Positions 8,317-17,713 of a DNA stretch of 64,000 nt are shown one piece after another. The translations under genes and the position numbers were made by a program. Under the pieces are notes generated by a model, which saw only the letters and a program-made list of their open reading frames with translations, was not told where the DNA came from and did not search any database. Every line of letters begins with the position of its first letter. Positions within the stretch are counted from its first letter, which is position 1. The DNA is from Puniceicoccales bacterium (GTDB taxonomy: Bacteria > Verrucomicrobiota > Verrucomicrobiia > Opitutales > JAIRLM01). Location: contig JAITCU010000026.1 in assembly GCA_031282835.1 (NCBI GenBank), positions 23 through 64,022 of the forward strand, read 5' to 3'.

Positions 8317-10824
8317 ATGACAACAAAAAGTTTAGCATCGGTTCGCACAACGCAGTGCAAAAATCCGCTCATTCCTGGGCATCTTTCCTGGAAGGTCGAC
8401 CAGGCGAAGGAGCGCATTGTTAAGCACTTGGAAAGTAGACTCGCCCGGGAACCACAAAGTGCCACGGTCCATGACTGGTTCCTTGCGGACGCCTATGCCC
8501 TGCGGGATCGCATTTTGGAGCGATTCATCAAAACGCAGGCGGCACAGCACACGGCCAACTGCCGTCGCGTCTATTACATGTCCATGGAATATTTGATGGG
8601 TCGGCTCCTGAGGGACAGTCTCAATAACTGCCAAATGTTTGATCTCAACGAAAAGGCAATTCGCGAGTTGGGCCTTAAGTTTGATACCATCGAGGAGCAG
8701 GAGTCAGACATGGGCCTGGGCAACGGGGGCCTGGGGCGACTGGCTGCGTGCATCATGGATTCACTGTCAACGCTCAACTATCCAGCAGTGGGCTATGGCA
8801 TTCACTACGAATTTGGCATGTTTCGCCAGGAATTTGATCATTTTCAGCAAAAGGAACTGGCTGACAATTGGCTACTTCACGGAAATCCGTGGCAGATCAG
8901 CCGGCCCGAAAACATGCAAACCATTCCCATCTATGGGCATTTGGAGGATGGCGTGGATACCGCGGGAAACCGCGTGGAAAAATGGGTTGGCTATTCCACG
9001 TTACGCGGCATCCCCTGGGATATCCCCGTCGTCGGCTATGGGGCACAGACGGTTAACTTCCTGCGCCTGTGGGAAGCAAAGGCATCCGACGAATTCGACC
9101 TTAATCAGTTTAATGCGGGTAATTTTCTAGAGGCGGTGGAAAAAAAGGCGGAAAGCGAAACCGTCTCCCGCGTCCTCTACCCCAATGACTCCAGCGATTC
9201 TGGAAAAAAATTGCGCTTGATACAGCAATACTTTTTTGCCGCCTGTTCCCTGCGAGATATTATTCGTCGCCACTTCAATGGCAATAATACCTGGGATAAC
9301 TTTAGCGAAAAAGTATGCGTCCAGCTTAATGATACCCATCCCACCATCGCCGTTGCCGAATTGATGCGCATCCTCTTGGATGACAACGGCTTTTCCTGGG
9401 AAAGGGCATGGCACATCACATCCCATGTTTTCAACTACACGAATCATACTCTTTTACCCGAAGCACTTGAAAAATGGAGCGTGCCCCTCTTCGAATTCGT
9501 TCTTCCCCGCCACTTGCGCATTATCTATGAAATCAATGAACATTTCCTGAGAACGATAGTTCAGGAGCGCCATCCGAATGACACGGAGAAACTTAAGGCG
9601 CTTTCCGTCATCGAGGAGGGACCCACAAAATTCGTGCGCATGGCAAATTTAGCCGTTATTGGCAGCGAATCGGTCAATGGAGTCGCTGAAATGCACTCCC
9701 AGCTGGTGAAGGATTCGCTATTTCCCGATTTTGCTCAACTTTTTCCCAAAAAATTCAAGAACGTGACCAATGGCGTTACCCCACGCCGTTGGATCAATTC
9801 CGCTAATCCCCGTCTGGCCGAATTATTTAACAAAACCATTGGCCCCGAATGGATCATCGATCTTGGCCGTTTGCGCGAATTGGAACCGTATGCCAACGAT
9901 CTTGCCTTCCGTAACGAATTTGCCCGCATCAAGCTTCAGAACAAAAATGCCCTCGCCACATATATCAAACTCCGCTGTGGCATTGAGGTTGGCTCGGAGG
10001 CTATCTTCGACTCACAGGTTAAGCGTATTCATGAGTACAAGCGCCAACATCTCAAGTTGTTACATATTTTATCCCTCTACCATCGGCTGATAGATGATCC
10101 CAAGCTGGAATTCCCTCCGCGCGTATTTATTTTCGCTGGCAAGGCAGCGCCCGGCTATTTCATGGCCAAGACCATTATCCACGCCATTAACCTGGTGGCT
10201 AACCATATCAATAATGACCCGCGTGTCGGAAATCGCATCAAGGTTGTTTTTATCCCAAATTACGGTGTCAGCTCGGCCATGAAAATTATCCCCGCGACGG
10301 ATCTTTCGGAGCAAATTTCAACGGCCGGAACGGAGGCTTCTGGTACGGGCAATATGAAATTTGCCATGAACGGCGCATTGACCGTGGGCACATTGGACGG
10401 CGCTAATGTCGAAATTCGCGAAGAAGTTGGAGATGGTAACATATTTATCTTCGGACACACCGCTTCCCAGTTGGATCAGCTCCGCCCCTCCTACGATCCC
10501 CATGAATTTTACCGAAAAGATGCAGAGTTGAAGTATATTTTGGATTGGATGCAATCGGATTTATTTGAGCGGAATGATGGCTCCAATCCCGTACGGAGAG
10601 TTGCCGAAGCTCTTCTAAATGAGGGGGATCGCTTTTTTGTCCTAGCGGACTACCGCAAATACATGGCCGCGCAAGATTTGGTTTCCGAGGCATACCTCAA
10701 CCAGGAACTCTGGTACTCCATGGCTATCCTCAACGTGGCACGCATGGGTAAATTCTCCAGCGACCGCACAGTCCAGGACTACGCCACAAATATATGGCAG
10801 CTGAAGAGGATAAAAATTGATTAG
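8317..10824 (+). CDS. glgP: Glycogen/starch phosphorylase
   Basis: GNGGLGRLAAC, QLNDTHP, KRIHEYKRQ and the PLP-lysine motif EASGTGNMK. Confidence 0.97.
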   Translation: MTTKSLASVRTTQCKNPLIPGHLSWKVDQAKERIVKHLESRLAREPQSATVHDWFLADAYALRDRILERFIKTQAAQHTANCRRVYYMSMEYLMGRLLRDSLNNCQMFDLNEKAIRELGLKFDTIEEQESDMGLGNGGLGRLAACIMDSLSTLNYPAVGYGIHYEFGMFRQEFDHFQQKELADNWLLHGNPWQISRPENMQTIPIYGHLEDGVDTAGNRVEKWVGYSTLRGIPWDIPVVGYGAQTVNFLRLWEAKASDEFDLNQFNAGNFLEAVEKKAESETVSRVLYPNDSSDSGKKLRLIQQYFFAACSLRDIIRRHFNGNNTWDNFSEKVCVQLNDTHPTIAVAELMRILLDDNGFSWERAWHITSHVFNYTNHTLLPEALEKWSVPLFEFVLPRHLRIIYEINEHFLRTIVQERHPNDTEKLKALSVIEEGPTKFVRMANLAVIGSESVNGVAEMHSQLVKDSLFPDFAQLFPKKFKNVTNGVTPRRWINSANPRLAELFNKTIGPEWIIDLGRLRELEPYANDLAFRNEFARIKLQNKNALATYIKLRCGIEVGSEAIFDSQVKRIHEYKRQHLKLLHILSLYHRLIDDPKLEFPPRVFIFAGKAAPGYFMAKTIIHAINLVANHINNDPRVGNRIKVVFIPNYGVSSAMKIIPATDLSEQISTAGTEASGTGNMKFAMNGALTVGTLDGANVEIREEVGDGNIFIFGHTASQLDQLRPSYDPHEFYRKDAELKYILDWMQSDLFERNDGSNPVRRVAEALLNEGDRFFVLADYRKYMAAQDLVSEAYLNQELWYSMAILNVARMGKFSSDRTVQDYATNIWQLKRIKID

Positions 10825-10878
10825 TTCGCTGATAATTTCATATTGACAACTGGGCGTTTTCTGTCATACAGGCGTTCT

Positions 10879-12387
10879 ATGTGTATTTCGTTGGCGACGC
10901 AGTCGCTGTTGTTGCCCACCGAACTCTCCGCGGGCGACGTTCCGCCTCGGAGCCCAGTGTGTGGCACAATGACCCGAATCTTGAGGTGTTCGATAGCTGG
11001 GTTTTGGCTTGTCGTATTCAAAGTTGCTGGATGCGTAACAGGGCCCGTCAATACAAATTGGGGTAGATTTTTTTTTGATCGCGCAGAAACGGAAAGGCTT
11101 CTATTTTTATCGTCGTGGGGTGGTTTGACTCCTCAAGGCCCAGCGGCACCACAAAATCGCACGTTCGAGGAAGGGAAGGGTAAGGAATCTGGTCCTGTTG
11201 CCCCAATGACTGAGGCCCCTGGCACACCGGGAGTGCTACAACTGGCAACGAGTGTCCAAAAAAAGTTTTTGCCCCCGGGAATCCCCTGCGAAACACCGGA
11301 GTCATGGCAAGTACAAGCCTCAAAGGAGCTTCTAGACGCCTGTCGAAGATTTTTACGGTGGGATTGTCTGTCAACCCATAACACGAATTTTTCCAGTTCC
11401 ATTCCTGATTCGGTATGGCAGGCGGTGTGTTCTTGCCTGGGAAATAAACAAGCGCCGAAATACGCATGTCCAACGAGAGTAGGCGCGCTTGACCCTCCGC
11501 CCCTGCACGTGCTTTATCCTACTACGGAGGAAAATGCGGAAGAATGGCGTGTCTGGGCGGCCCAAGTGAATGCTTTGAGTGCATGCCTAGAAGTGCGTGC
11601 CAGTGGCAAAATTGCTCTAGAGCAAGAATTGCGCATTTTCCAGGACCTTGAGCAAAAGATAAGGAACTCCAGGAGGCTTTTTGAACAATACGGCGAACCA
11701 CCCCTTGCCCCCCCGATTTGCCCCGAGGTAGATCAAGCTAAGGCGGTCTTGGCACGCAATCAGTCCACCCGCGATGAACTTGAAGCCCTTTGCCGAAAAA
11801 TACGAGCTTTCAATGAGGAGAATCTCCCAATCGTCTGGGAAGCCCTCAGTCGCCACGATGCGCTATACGAATGGGATCATCGGCTAACAATGGCACGTTG
11901 CCGCTACAAAATGTGGAGGGAAATCTGCACTCGATGCCCAAAGTTACCCGGTGGATATACGCCTACCGTTAATCTTCCAGCCCTGGACACCTGGGCCGCA
12001 GTTTCAGACCCCAAAACGTTTAAGCAATTGCAGCAGCAAACGACCGCGGGCGAAAAGCTTTTGTCTCAGTGCGCCCCGGAAATCGAGCCTTTGGCTAACT
12101 GGCTTATTCAGCGAGCGCGGGAACTTCCAACACCCGAGAGCCTTTTGCAGCAGTTGCCTGAGCAATCGCGTGACGAAGACAGTGACATGCGTTTTGCTCG
12201 GACGTGGCTGTGTACTACTGCAACAAATAAGTATCGCAAGTTCTCTCCATTGTTAGCGAGAAAGGTTCCCTGGGACACCTGGCGTCGGCCAGCTCAAGAT
12301 GGCACGTTAAAAATTTACGAAATCTTCGAGTACGTGTGTGGTATGTGGAAATTGCAAAAAAAGGTTATTTCCGCTGCAAAAATGTGA
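10879..12387 (+). CDS. Orphan ~502-aa protein with hydrophobic N-terminal segment and coiled-coil region
   Basis: Long ORF; ATG 10879 lies 36 nt after TTGACA 10843. Confidence 0.8.
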   Translation: MCISLATQSLLLPTELSAGDVPPRSPVCGTMTRILRCSIAGFWLVVFKVAGCVTGPVNTNWGRFFFDRAETERLLFLSSWGGLTPQGPAAPQNRTFEEGKGKESGPVAPMTEAPGTPGVLQLATSVQKKFLPPGIPCETPESWQVQASKELLDACRRFLRWDCLSTHNTNFSSSIPDSVWQAVCSCLGNKQAPKYACPTRVGALDPPPLHVLYPTTEENAEEWRVWAAQVNALSACLEVRASGKIALEQELRIFQDLEQKIRNSRRLFEQYGEPPLAPPICPEVDQAKAVLARNQSTRDELEALCRKIRAFNEENLPIVWEALSRHDALYEWDHRLTMARCRYKMWREICTRCPKLPGGYTPTVNLPALDTWAAVSDPKTFKQLQQQTTAGEKLLSQCAPEIEPLANWLIQRARELPTPESLLQQLPEQSRDEDSDMRFARTWLCTTATNKYRKFSPLLARKVPWDTWRRPAQDGTLKIYEIFEYVCGMWKLQKKVISAAKM

Positions 12388-12405
12388 TGATGCCACCCAA
12401 AAGTT

Positions 12406-12504
12406 ATGGGCCCCGTCCCCATGTGCTGCGTCCGGCAAACGCGTATTGGTCGGCAGGCGGCCCTCGCGCGTGTGCCGGTTGGTGAATGGTTGGGCTTGGC
12501 CCAT
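12406..12504. other. ~99-nt imperfect long hairpin (possible small RNA or terminator region)
   Basis: atgggcc/ggcccat, ccat/atgg, ccggca/tgccgg, acgcgt/gcgcgt, ggtcg/cggcc nested pairings between convergent genes. Confidence 0.45.
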
Positions 12505-12655
12505 GAAAGGTGTGGATTTTTGAAAGATTCTCGCCGTCGGGCATTTTTCGCCTTGACTTTCTGGCGGGAATCCCCATAAAGGAACGCAGTTCTTTGACAG
12601 ACTTTTAAAGCTTGTGAATTTTGCTGGGCCTCTTGCGTTAGACGGTAAGCGCCTT

Positions 12656-13675
12656 TCAGCTTGTGGTGCCGTCGATTTTTACGAAATGGCAACGAATGCG
12701 TGGGTTGTCGCCATTGCTGTTAAATACTTCTTTATCAGCAGTTCCGTTATCGTAGGTAATGGTCAGCTGAGAAGAGCTTAGAAGTGGTTCACCGTAGTCG
12801 CCCAGCTGAAGATGTTCACAGCCAATAATGGCAATGCTCCTCAAGTTGCCCATGCTTTCGCTACCGATTTTCAACGAGGAAACGGTGGAATGGGACAGGA
12901 ACAAATGTTCGAGGGAAAGTAACCCGCTGATGCGCACCTCGTGGAAGGAGCTGCCACTCAGGTCTATGGCCTTTAATCCGCCCAATTCGGGACCAAATCG
13001 GATAATTCCATCGGCTGCGATGTTTTGGCCATCGACGCGGATTCGTGTCAGGCTTCCGCACGAAAGGGAGCGCAGGGCATGGGAAATTTCCGAAGTAATG
13101 GCCATTTCCCGAACATGGCCAGGAAGTGACAGATTTTTTTCAATTTCATAGTTCCCCAAATAACTGATTTTTGAGACGGTTCCTGGCATGTGCGTGTGGC
13201 AGTTGCCACCGTCGAATACAACGTGTTCCAATCGAGGAAATTCCGAATGGCCAAGGACGCACGACTCGGCCTGGAAGATATTCTTCAGGACGATCGTGGT
13301 GATTAGGTCAGCCGTGAAGAAGGTGCGTAACAGGCTTTTCTCAAAAATCCCGCTGAAAATAAGCCGCGTTGGCTTTCCATGGTTGTTGGGGGAGAAAAAA
13401 ATAGAGACGCCGTTATTTTCGCCTTTTTCCACCGTGATCGACGGTTCTTCCAATTCTGTCGGGGAAGGTATCGGCTGAATCGGTTCTCCGTCTGAAAAAA
13501 CAGCCGACGTATTAGCGTCATCTCCGCCGTTTTTTAGGGATGCTTTTTTTTGCAACACGCCTCTATCCTCTGACCATCGCGGAGGAAAAATGCCAGAAAA
13601 ATCCGTGGAGCCGTACGGGATGCATATTCCCAGAGATGATTTCCCATTGACTCGCCCACTCAAAATTTCACACAA
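12656..13675 (-). CDS. Leucine-rich-repeat-like hypothetical protein
   Basis: Repeated LxxLxLxx units (LKAIDLSGS, LEHLFLSHS, LRSIAIIGC); start uncertain. Confidence 0.7.
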   Translation of the reverse strand: MCEILSGRVNGKSSLGICIPYGSTDFSGIFPPRWSEDRGVLQKKASLKNGGDDANTSAVFSDGEPIQPIPSPTELEEPSITVEKGENNGVSIFFSPNNHGKPTRLIFSGIFEKSLLRTFFTADLITTIVLKNIFQAESCVLGHSEFPRLEHVVFDGGNCHTHMPGTVSKISYLGNYEIEKNLSLPGHVREMAITSEISHALRSLSCGSLTRIRVDGQNIAADGIIRFGPELGGLKAIDLSGSSFHEVRISGLLSLEHLFLSHSTVSSLKIGSESMGNLRSIAIIGCEHLQLGDYGEPLLSSSQLTITYDNGTADKEVFNSNGDNPRIRCHFVKIDGTTS

Positions 13676-13693
13676 TCAAAACGGAGATCTGTT

Positions 13694-14293
13694 ATGAGAA
13701 AACTTCTTTTGGTACTCACGTTGAGCGGATTATTTGTCGGCGCCCTGCCCGCCGAGCAGTGCCGCCGCGAGAATAAACAGTGCGATTGCGAGAACAAGCA
13801 GTCCAGCTGTTGCTGTAATATCCTCACGGTGGACATGCCTAAGATTTATAACGGCTATGGCAAAGCGGAGCGGTCCAAGGAGAAGTTCCAAAAGGCAGTG
13901 GAAAAGGCCCAGGGTGAGCTTCGAACCATGCTAGAGGACGGAATCAAGTTGGCCAAAGAGTTGCGGGATCTCCAGGAAAAAGCGGATAGCCCCGCGCTCA
14001 GTGAGTCCGCGCGAGAAAAACATCGCAAACAAATCGAAGAATTAACAGAAAAGATCCACAAAAAAGAGGTGGAAGTGAACGAGTTTCGACAGGAAAGCGA
14101 TCGGCAACTTTCCGAGAAACGCGAGGAATTTGTGGTGCGCCACGTGAACGAAATCAAAGATGTTATCAGAAAGGTTGCTAAAGAGCGTGGTGCCGTTGTT
14201 GTCCTCAATTCAGCCGGCCTTGAAGTGCTTTACTCCGTCCCGGATTTGGATATTACTCAGGAGGTAAGTGTACGCCTCAATGCTGAAAAGTGA
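13694..14293 (+). CDS. OmpH/Skp family periplasmic chaperone
   Basis: Signal peptide, VDM.KI motif, coiled coil, C-terminal VLY....LDITQEV...LN. Confidence 0.88.
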   Translation: MRKLLLVLTLSGLFVGALPAEQCRRENKQCDCENKQSSCCCNILTVDMPKIYNGYGKAERSKEKFQKAVEKAQGELRTMLEDGIKLAKELRDLQEKADSPALSESAREKHRKQIEELTEKIHKKEVEVNEFRQESDRQLSEKREEFVVRHVNEIKDVIRKVAKERGAVVVLNSAGLEVLYSVPDLDITQEVSVRLNAEK

Positions 14294-14414
14294 TACCAGT
14301 ACGGGCAAATGTGTCGACAATCTGAGCCGGGCACTGCGCGCAATGGCGCGAATAAGATTGTGCGTGAGGTAGCAATTTTGTTGACTTATTTTCTTTTGCT
14401 ATTGTGATGAGAGC

Positions 14415-15422
14415 ATGCCTCTTTTAGACTATCTAATCGGTGGAAGCCTTTGCACAAGCTACGCCGTCGATGCCGTAGAATTTTTATCAGAGCCCGACGC
14501 ACCTTCCCCGGGTATCGTGGTAACTGATCCCGCGAAGCTTGAGCGTGTTTACCCCAATCCGCTTCTCCAGAAAATATTAGAGCGGAAAGGTGTTCAACTC
14601 CGAGGATCCCCCGGATTTTTTTTCCGGATGCGTGTTCTTTTCCGTGAAATTGGCCTGGGCCTCGTTACACTAGTCGCGAGTCCGTTGTCTATTGTTGTTG
14701 GAATTTGGGCTCACTTTAAGCTCAATGAGATTCATTATGCTTTGGCGGACATAAGCAACCCCAAACCCCAAGAAGGCAATAAAACAGTTTATGAGGTAAT
14801 GCAAAATGCAAATTCGACACTGGGCCAAGTTGCCATAAGGGCCGGGAAACCCGTTCGCATTATCAAAGGGGCCACAAATGATCTGTCGGCATGTTACTAT
14901 GACCCGATCGAGCATGTTGTTTCCATTCCACCATGTATCGGGAAAACAATTACACGAAGTGGCGGCAACCATTGCCAAACGGATCCGGATAGAAGTTATG
15001 GCCCACCAGCGGCTCTTGCTATTTCTGCGCATGAAATGGGACATGCGGAACAGCATAAATTTTTAAAATTTATCCATTACGGCTCAGTCGTGATAACGGC
15101 TTTGGTGCTTTGCTTTTGCATCATCGCGCATGTTTTTCTGGTGTCTCCAGGTTTGTTCATATGCATAGCCACCTTGGCGTTTGTTATCAGACCCATTATT
15201 CAATTCTTCTACGAACGTGATGCGTCCATTCGCGCCATAGCAAATTTGATCGCCAATGAAAATATTACAACACGACAGGAAGCCATTGAAGCGGTTGAAA
15301 CATTACAAATTGCTGCTAGTACCTACCTTGCAAATACTGCAATAAACTTGTTAAAATCGTTTTGGAAATTGCTTAAGCTGTACCTCCAACGCCATGAAGA
15401 TACGGCCTATAAACCAAGCTAG
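14415..15422 (+). CDS. Membrane zinc metallopeptidase, YugP/Zn_peptidase_2-like, with orphan N-terminal extension
   Basis: YYDP, AALAISAHEMGHAEQH (HExxH), two TM helices, ERDASIRA, AASTYLA. Confidence 0.8.
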   Translation: MPLLDYLIGGSLCTSYAVDAVEFLSEPDAPSPGIVVTDPAKLERVYPNPLLQKILERKGVQLRGSPGFFFRMRVLFREIGLGLVTLVASPLSIVVGIWAHFKLNEIHYALADISNPKPQEGNKTVYEVMQNANSTLGQVAIRAGKPVRIIKGATNDLSACYYDPIEHVVSIPPCIGKTITRSGGNHCQTDPDRSYGPPAALAISAHEMGHAEQHKFLKFIHYGSVVITALVLCFCIIAHVFLVSPGLFICIATLAFVIRPIIQFFYERDASIRAIANLIANENITTRQEAIEAVETLQIAASTYLANTAINLLKSFWKLLKLYLQRHEDTAYKPS

Positions 15423-15510
15423 CTGAGAAAAAAGCAGAAGAATCTAGGCCCTTGAATCCCGTTTTAAAAGGCCACCTTTTTAGTCAGAAGGCGCGCATGT
15501 AATCATTCGC

Positions 15511-16133
15511 CTATTTTATCCCGATGGCAGCGATGTCCGCTTGCAATTTCGGCATCATCTCTATAAACGCGACACCGCCGTGAAGCGGCAGCAGAAACTT
15601 AGCAAATAAAGTACCAAATTTAAGTGGCTCCCCCTGAAAAGAATCATAGAATGCCTTTGCGCTTTTCAGCTGTTTTCGCAGCTCAGCGTACGTATCGGCA
15701 CCTCCACCGGTGGGCGGTGGTGGTAATTGCTTCGAGAGTTCCTCTGGAGGGGGAAATTCCTCTATCTTTTGCTTTAGACCAGGGGTCAATTGTTTCAGTA
15801 CCGATTTATATTCCTTTATACGGGCTCTGCATTCCTCAATCTGTCGTTCCAACTCTTCGAGCGTTTTCGCCTTTTCCTTCGGGGGAATATCGATACACGG
15901 CTTAAGGCCGAGTATCTTCACGATTTTAGAATGTATTTCATAATTGGCGCCGATAGGCGCCACGCCAGCCCACACACGATAATTTGCACCCTATACGCTA
16001 AACTCTTAGCGTATGATCCCAGACGGAACAGAATACCTGGCCTGCCCGCCACCTTTGTAGATGTGGCCGTCGGAACGACCGGAGATTCCGGAGATGTTGT
16101 TCGGCTTGATCCTAAAATTCCACTGGCACGCAT
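15511..16133 (-). pseudogene. Orphan gene split by one frameshift (ORFs 15918-16133 and 15511-15975)
   Basis: TTGACA(16168)-N16-TAGGTT-N7-ATG(16133); one extra A in ctaaaatc near 15925 would join ...KYILK to IVKILGLKP... Confidence 0.55.
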
Positions 16134-16330
16134 GTCCGGCAACCTAAGAAAATGATGCTGTTTGTCAATGCTGTAAAATTCACCTAGATGAACAAATCCT
16201 CATGGGTAATTAATTTTAAAAGTCACCCCGCGAAATATTCTTCCCGTATTGGCCACACGTGGCGCGAGGTTGTCTACGCGACCGGCGATTAAAAAAACAA
16301 ACGAAATACCCCAGGCGCCACGGGCTGGAT

Positions 16331-17125
16331 TCAAGCAGTGTCTCCATTTTCTTTGGACAACAACGCTGCATAAATTTTCCGGCAACCTTCCGCCGTCGCT
16401 ACGAGGTCACCACACGGACCCTTCACTTTGTCCCTATAAAACTTGAGTTTCTGCGCGTGCTCCACACGGGCGTACACATCTTGTTTGTATTGTGGAAAAC
16501 ATTCGGAAATGAACTTTTCTAAGTTATTTATCAACTTTTCCAGAAAGAGACCCTTCGCATCGTAATCCTCATCTTCAAGTGCAGAAAAGGTCGCTACGCA
16601 ATCATCCACTTCATCGCACACGGCCATAAGCCCCAACTCGGCCTTTTGGCGTGCTACAAAACCCGGAAAATCTTGACGATCCGCTTCAATCGCATGGAAG
16701 CGCGCAGCAACATTATACAATTCTCGTTCCAGTTTCAAGCGCTCTATTCCAGTTGAAGATTTGGGCGAGGCCTTGTCAGCCTCGAGGATTCTCTTGTCAA
16801 GAGCTTTCGTATACTCAACAAGACCATTCTGCCGGGAGCGTCTTTGCCAGGCGGCCCACCCTCCAGTGCCGCCAGCAACCAAGGCCACGGCTGTGCCACA
16901 AATTACCAGCAAAATTGCAATCCGAAGAAGGGACGTGAAAAGCAAAATCACCACGCCCACGCATAAGACGGATACTCCCGAACCTGTGCACATCTTCCAA
17001 AAGGCGTGAAGGATAGGATGAGTAAGAATTTGTTGCAAAAATGATTCCTCAGCACGCACGGACAATCCCGCAAAATTAGGCGACATGGAGTATTGAGAGC
17101 TCTGAACTTGTAATTCACCTGACAT
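16331..17125 (-). CDS. Orphan protein with ~45-aa bilobed hydrophobic domain (Inc-like topology)
   Basis: VSVLCVGVVILLFTSLLRIAILLVICGTAVALVAGG followed by a helical domain; ATG 17125 lies 39 nt after TTGACA. Confidence 0.8.
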   Translation of the reverse strand: MSGELQVQSSQYSMSPNFAGLSVRAEESFLQQILTHPILHAFWKMCTGSGVSVLCVGVVILLFTSLLRIAILLVICGTAVALVAGGTGGWAAWQRRSRQNGLVEYTKALDKRILEADKASPKSSTGIERLKLERELYNVAARFHAIEADRQDFPGFVARQKAELGLMAVCDEVDDCVATFSALEDEDYDAKGLFLEKLINNLEKFISECFPQYKQDVYARVEHAQKLKFYRDKVKGPCGDLVATAEGCRKIYAALLSKENGDTA

Positions 17126-17404
17126 AGCGAGCTTGTGTCTCGCCCGTAAGTGTGGGGATGTCAAGTCAGCAATTTCGTTTCCACTAAAGTTGCAAAAAGA
17201 ACGCCAACAACAGATTTGTTTGGGAAATGGCCGCACGTGCGGTTGGCAAGCTCGCCCGATTAATAGAGGTCTTGCAGAAGTCGCTTTTGGCCATTTTGCC
17301 CCGCATGAAATGCGGGTTTTAAGACAGTGTTTCCAACTTTTGAGGGATCTCCAATAGGTCCGACGCGGTGAAGTGCACTAAAATTCATGGGCCAATTTTG
17401 CGGT

Positions 17405-17519
17405 CAGGCCTGTGAAAAATTTGCCACAATCTCTCCGAGTGACCCTGCGATTTTTCGCCGTAGCTTTCTGGAAAATTCACAAAAATTAGCCAAAATCATA
17501 AACGGGCTGATAAATGTCT
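17405..17519 (+). repeat. Family-A element, left-end fragment
   Basis: acaaaaattagccaaaatcataaacgggctgataaatgtct nearly matches 18912-18952; similarity stops at a family-B element. Confidence 0.8.
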
Positions 17520-17644
17520 ACCTCGATGGAAAGTTTAGTCGGTGAGGATTTTTCCAGATTTCGTACCTGGGCCGCTGCCAAAGCGGTAATCGGGGTAGCC
17601 GTGGTGGCTATAAATTTGGGTTTTTAGACTTTTTCCATCGGGGT
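17520..17644. mobile_element. Family-B MITE-like element (125 bp) with imperfect terminal inverted repeats
   Basis: Left acctcgatggaaagt, right actttttccatcggggt; internal sequence recurs at 156-250, 55688-55784 and 63954-64000. Confidence 0.65.
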
Positions 17645-17713
17645 TCGATATTAAGGTCCAGCGGGGTAAATTTAACGCTTGACAAGCAATAGTTCGGCGA
17701 CAGACTGCGCGGC

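Noticed and set aside
13303-13521. Alternative start (MTLIRRLFF) implying a frameshift in the LRR-like gene
   Set aside because: It has a GGAG and a T-run nearby, but the long frame is open without it; the evidence is insufficient.
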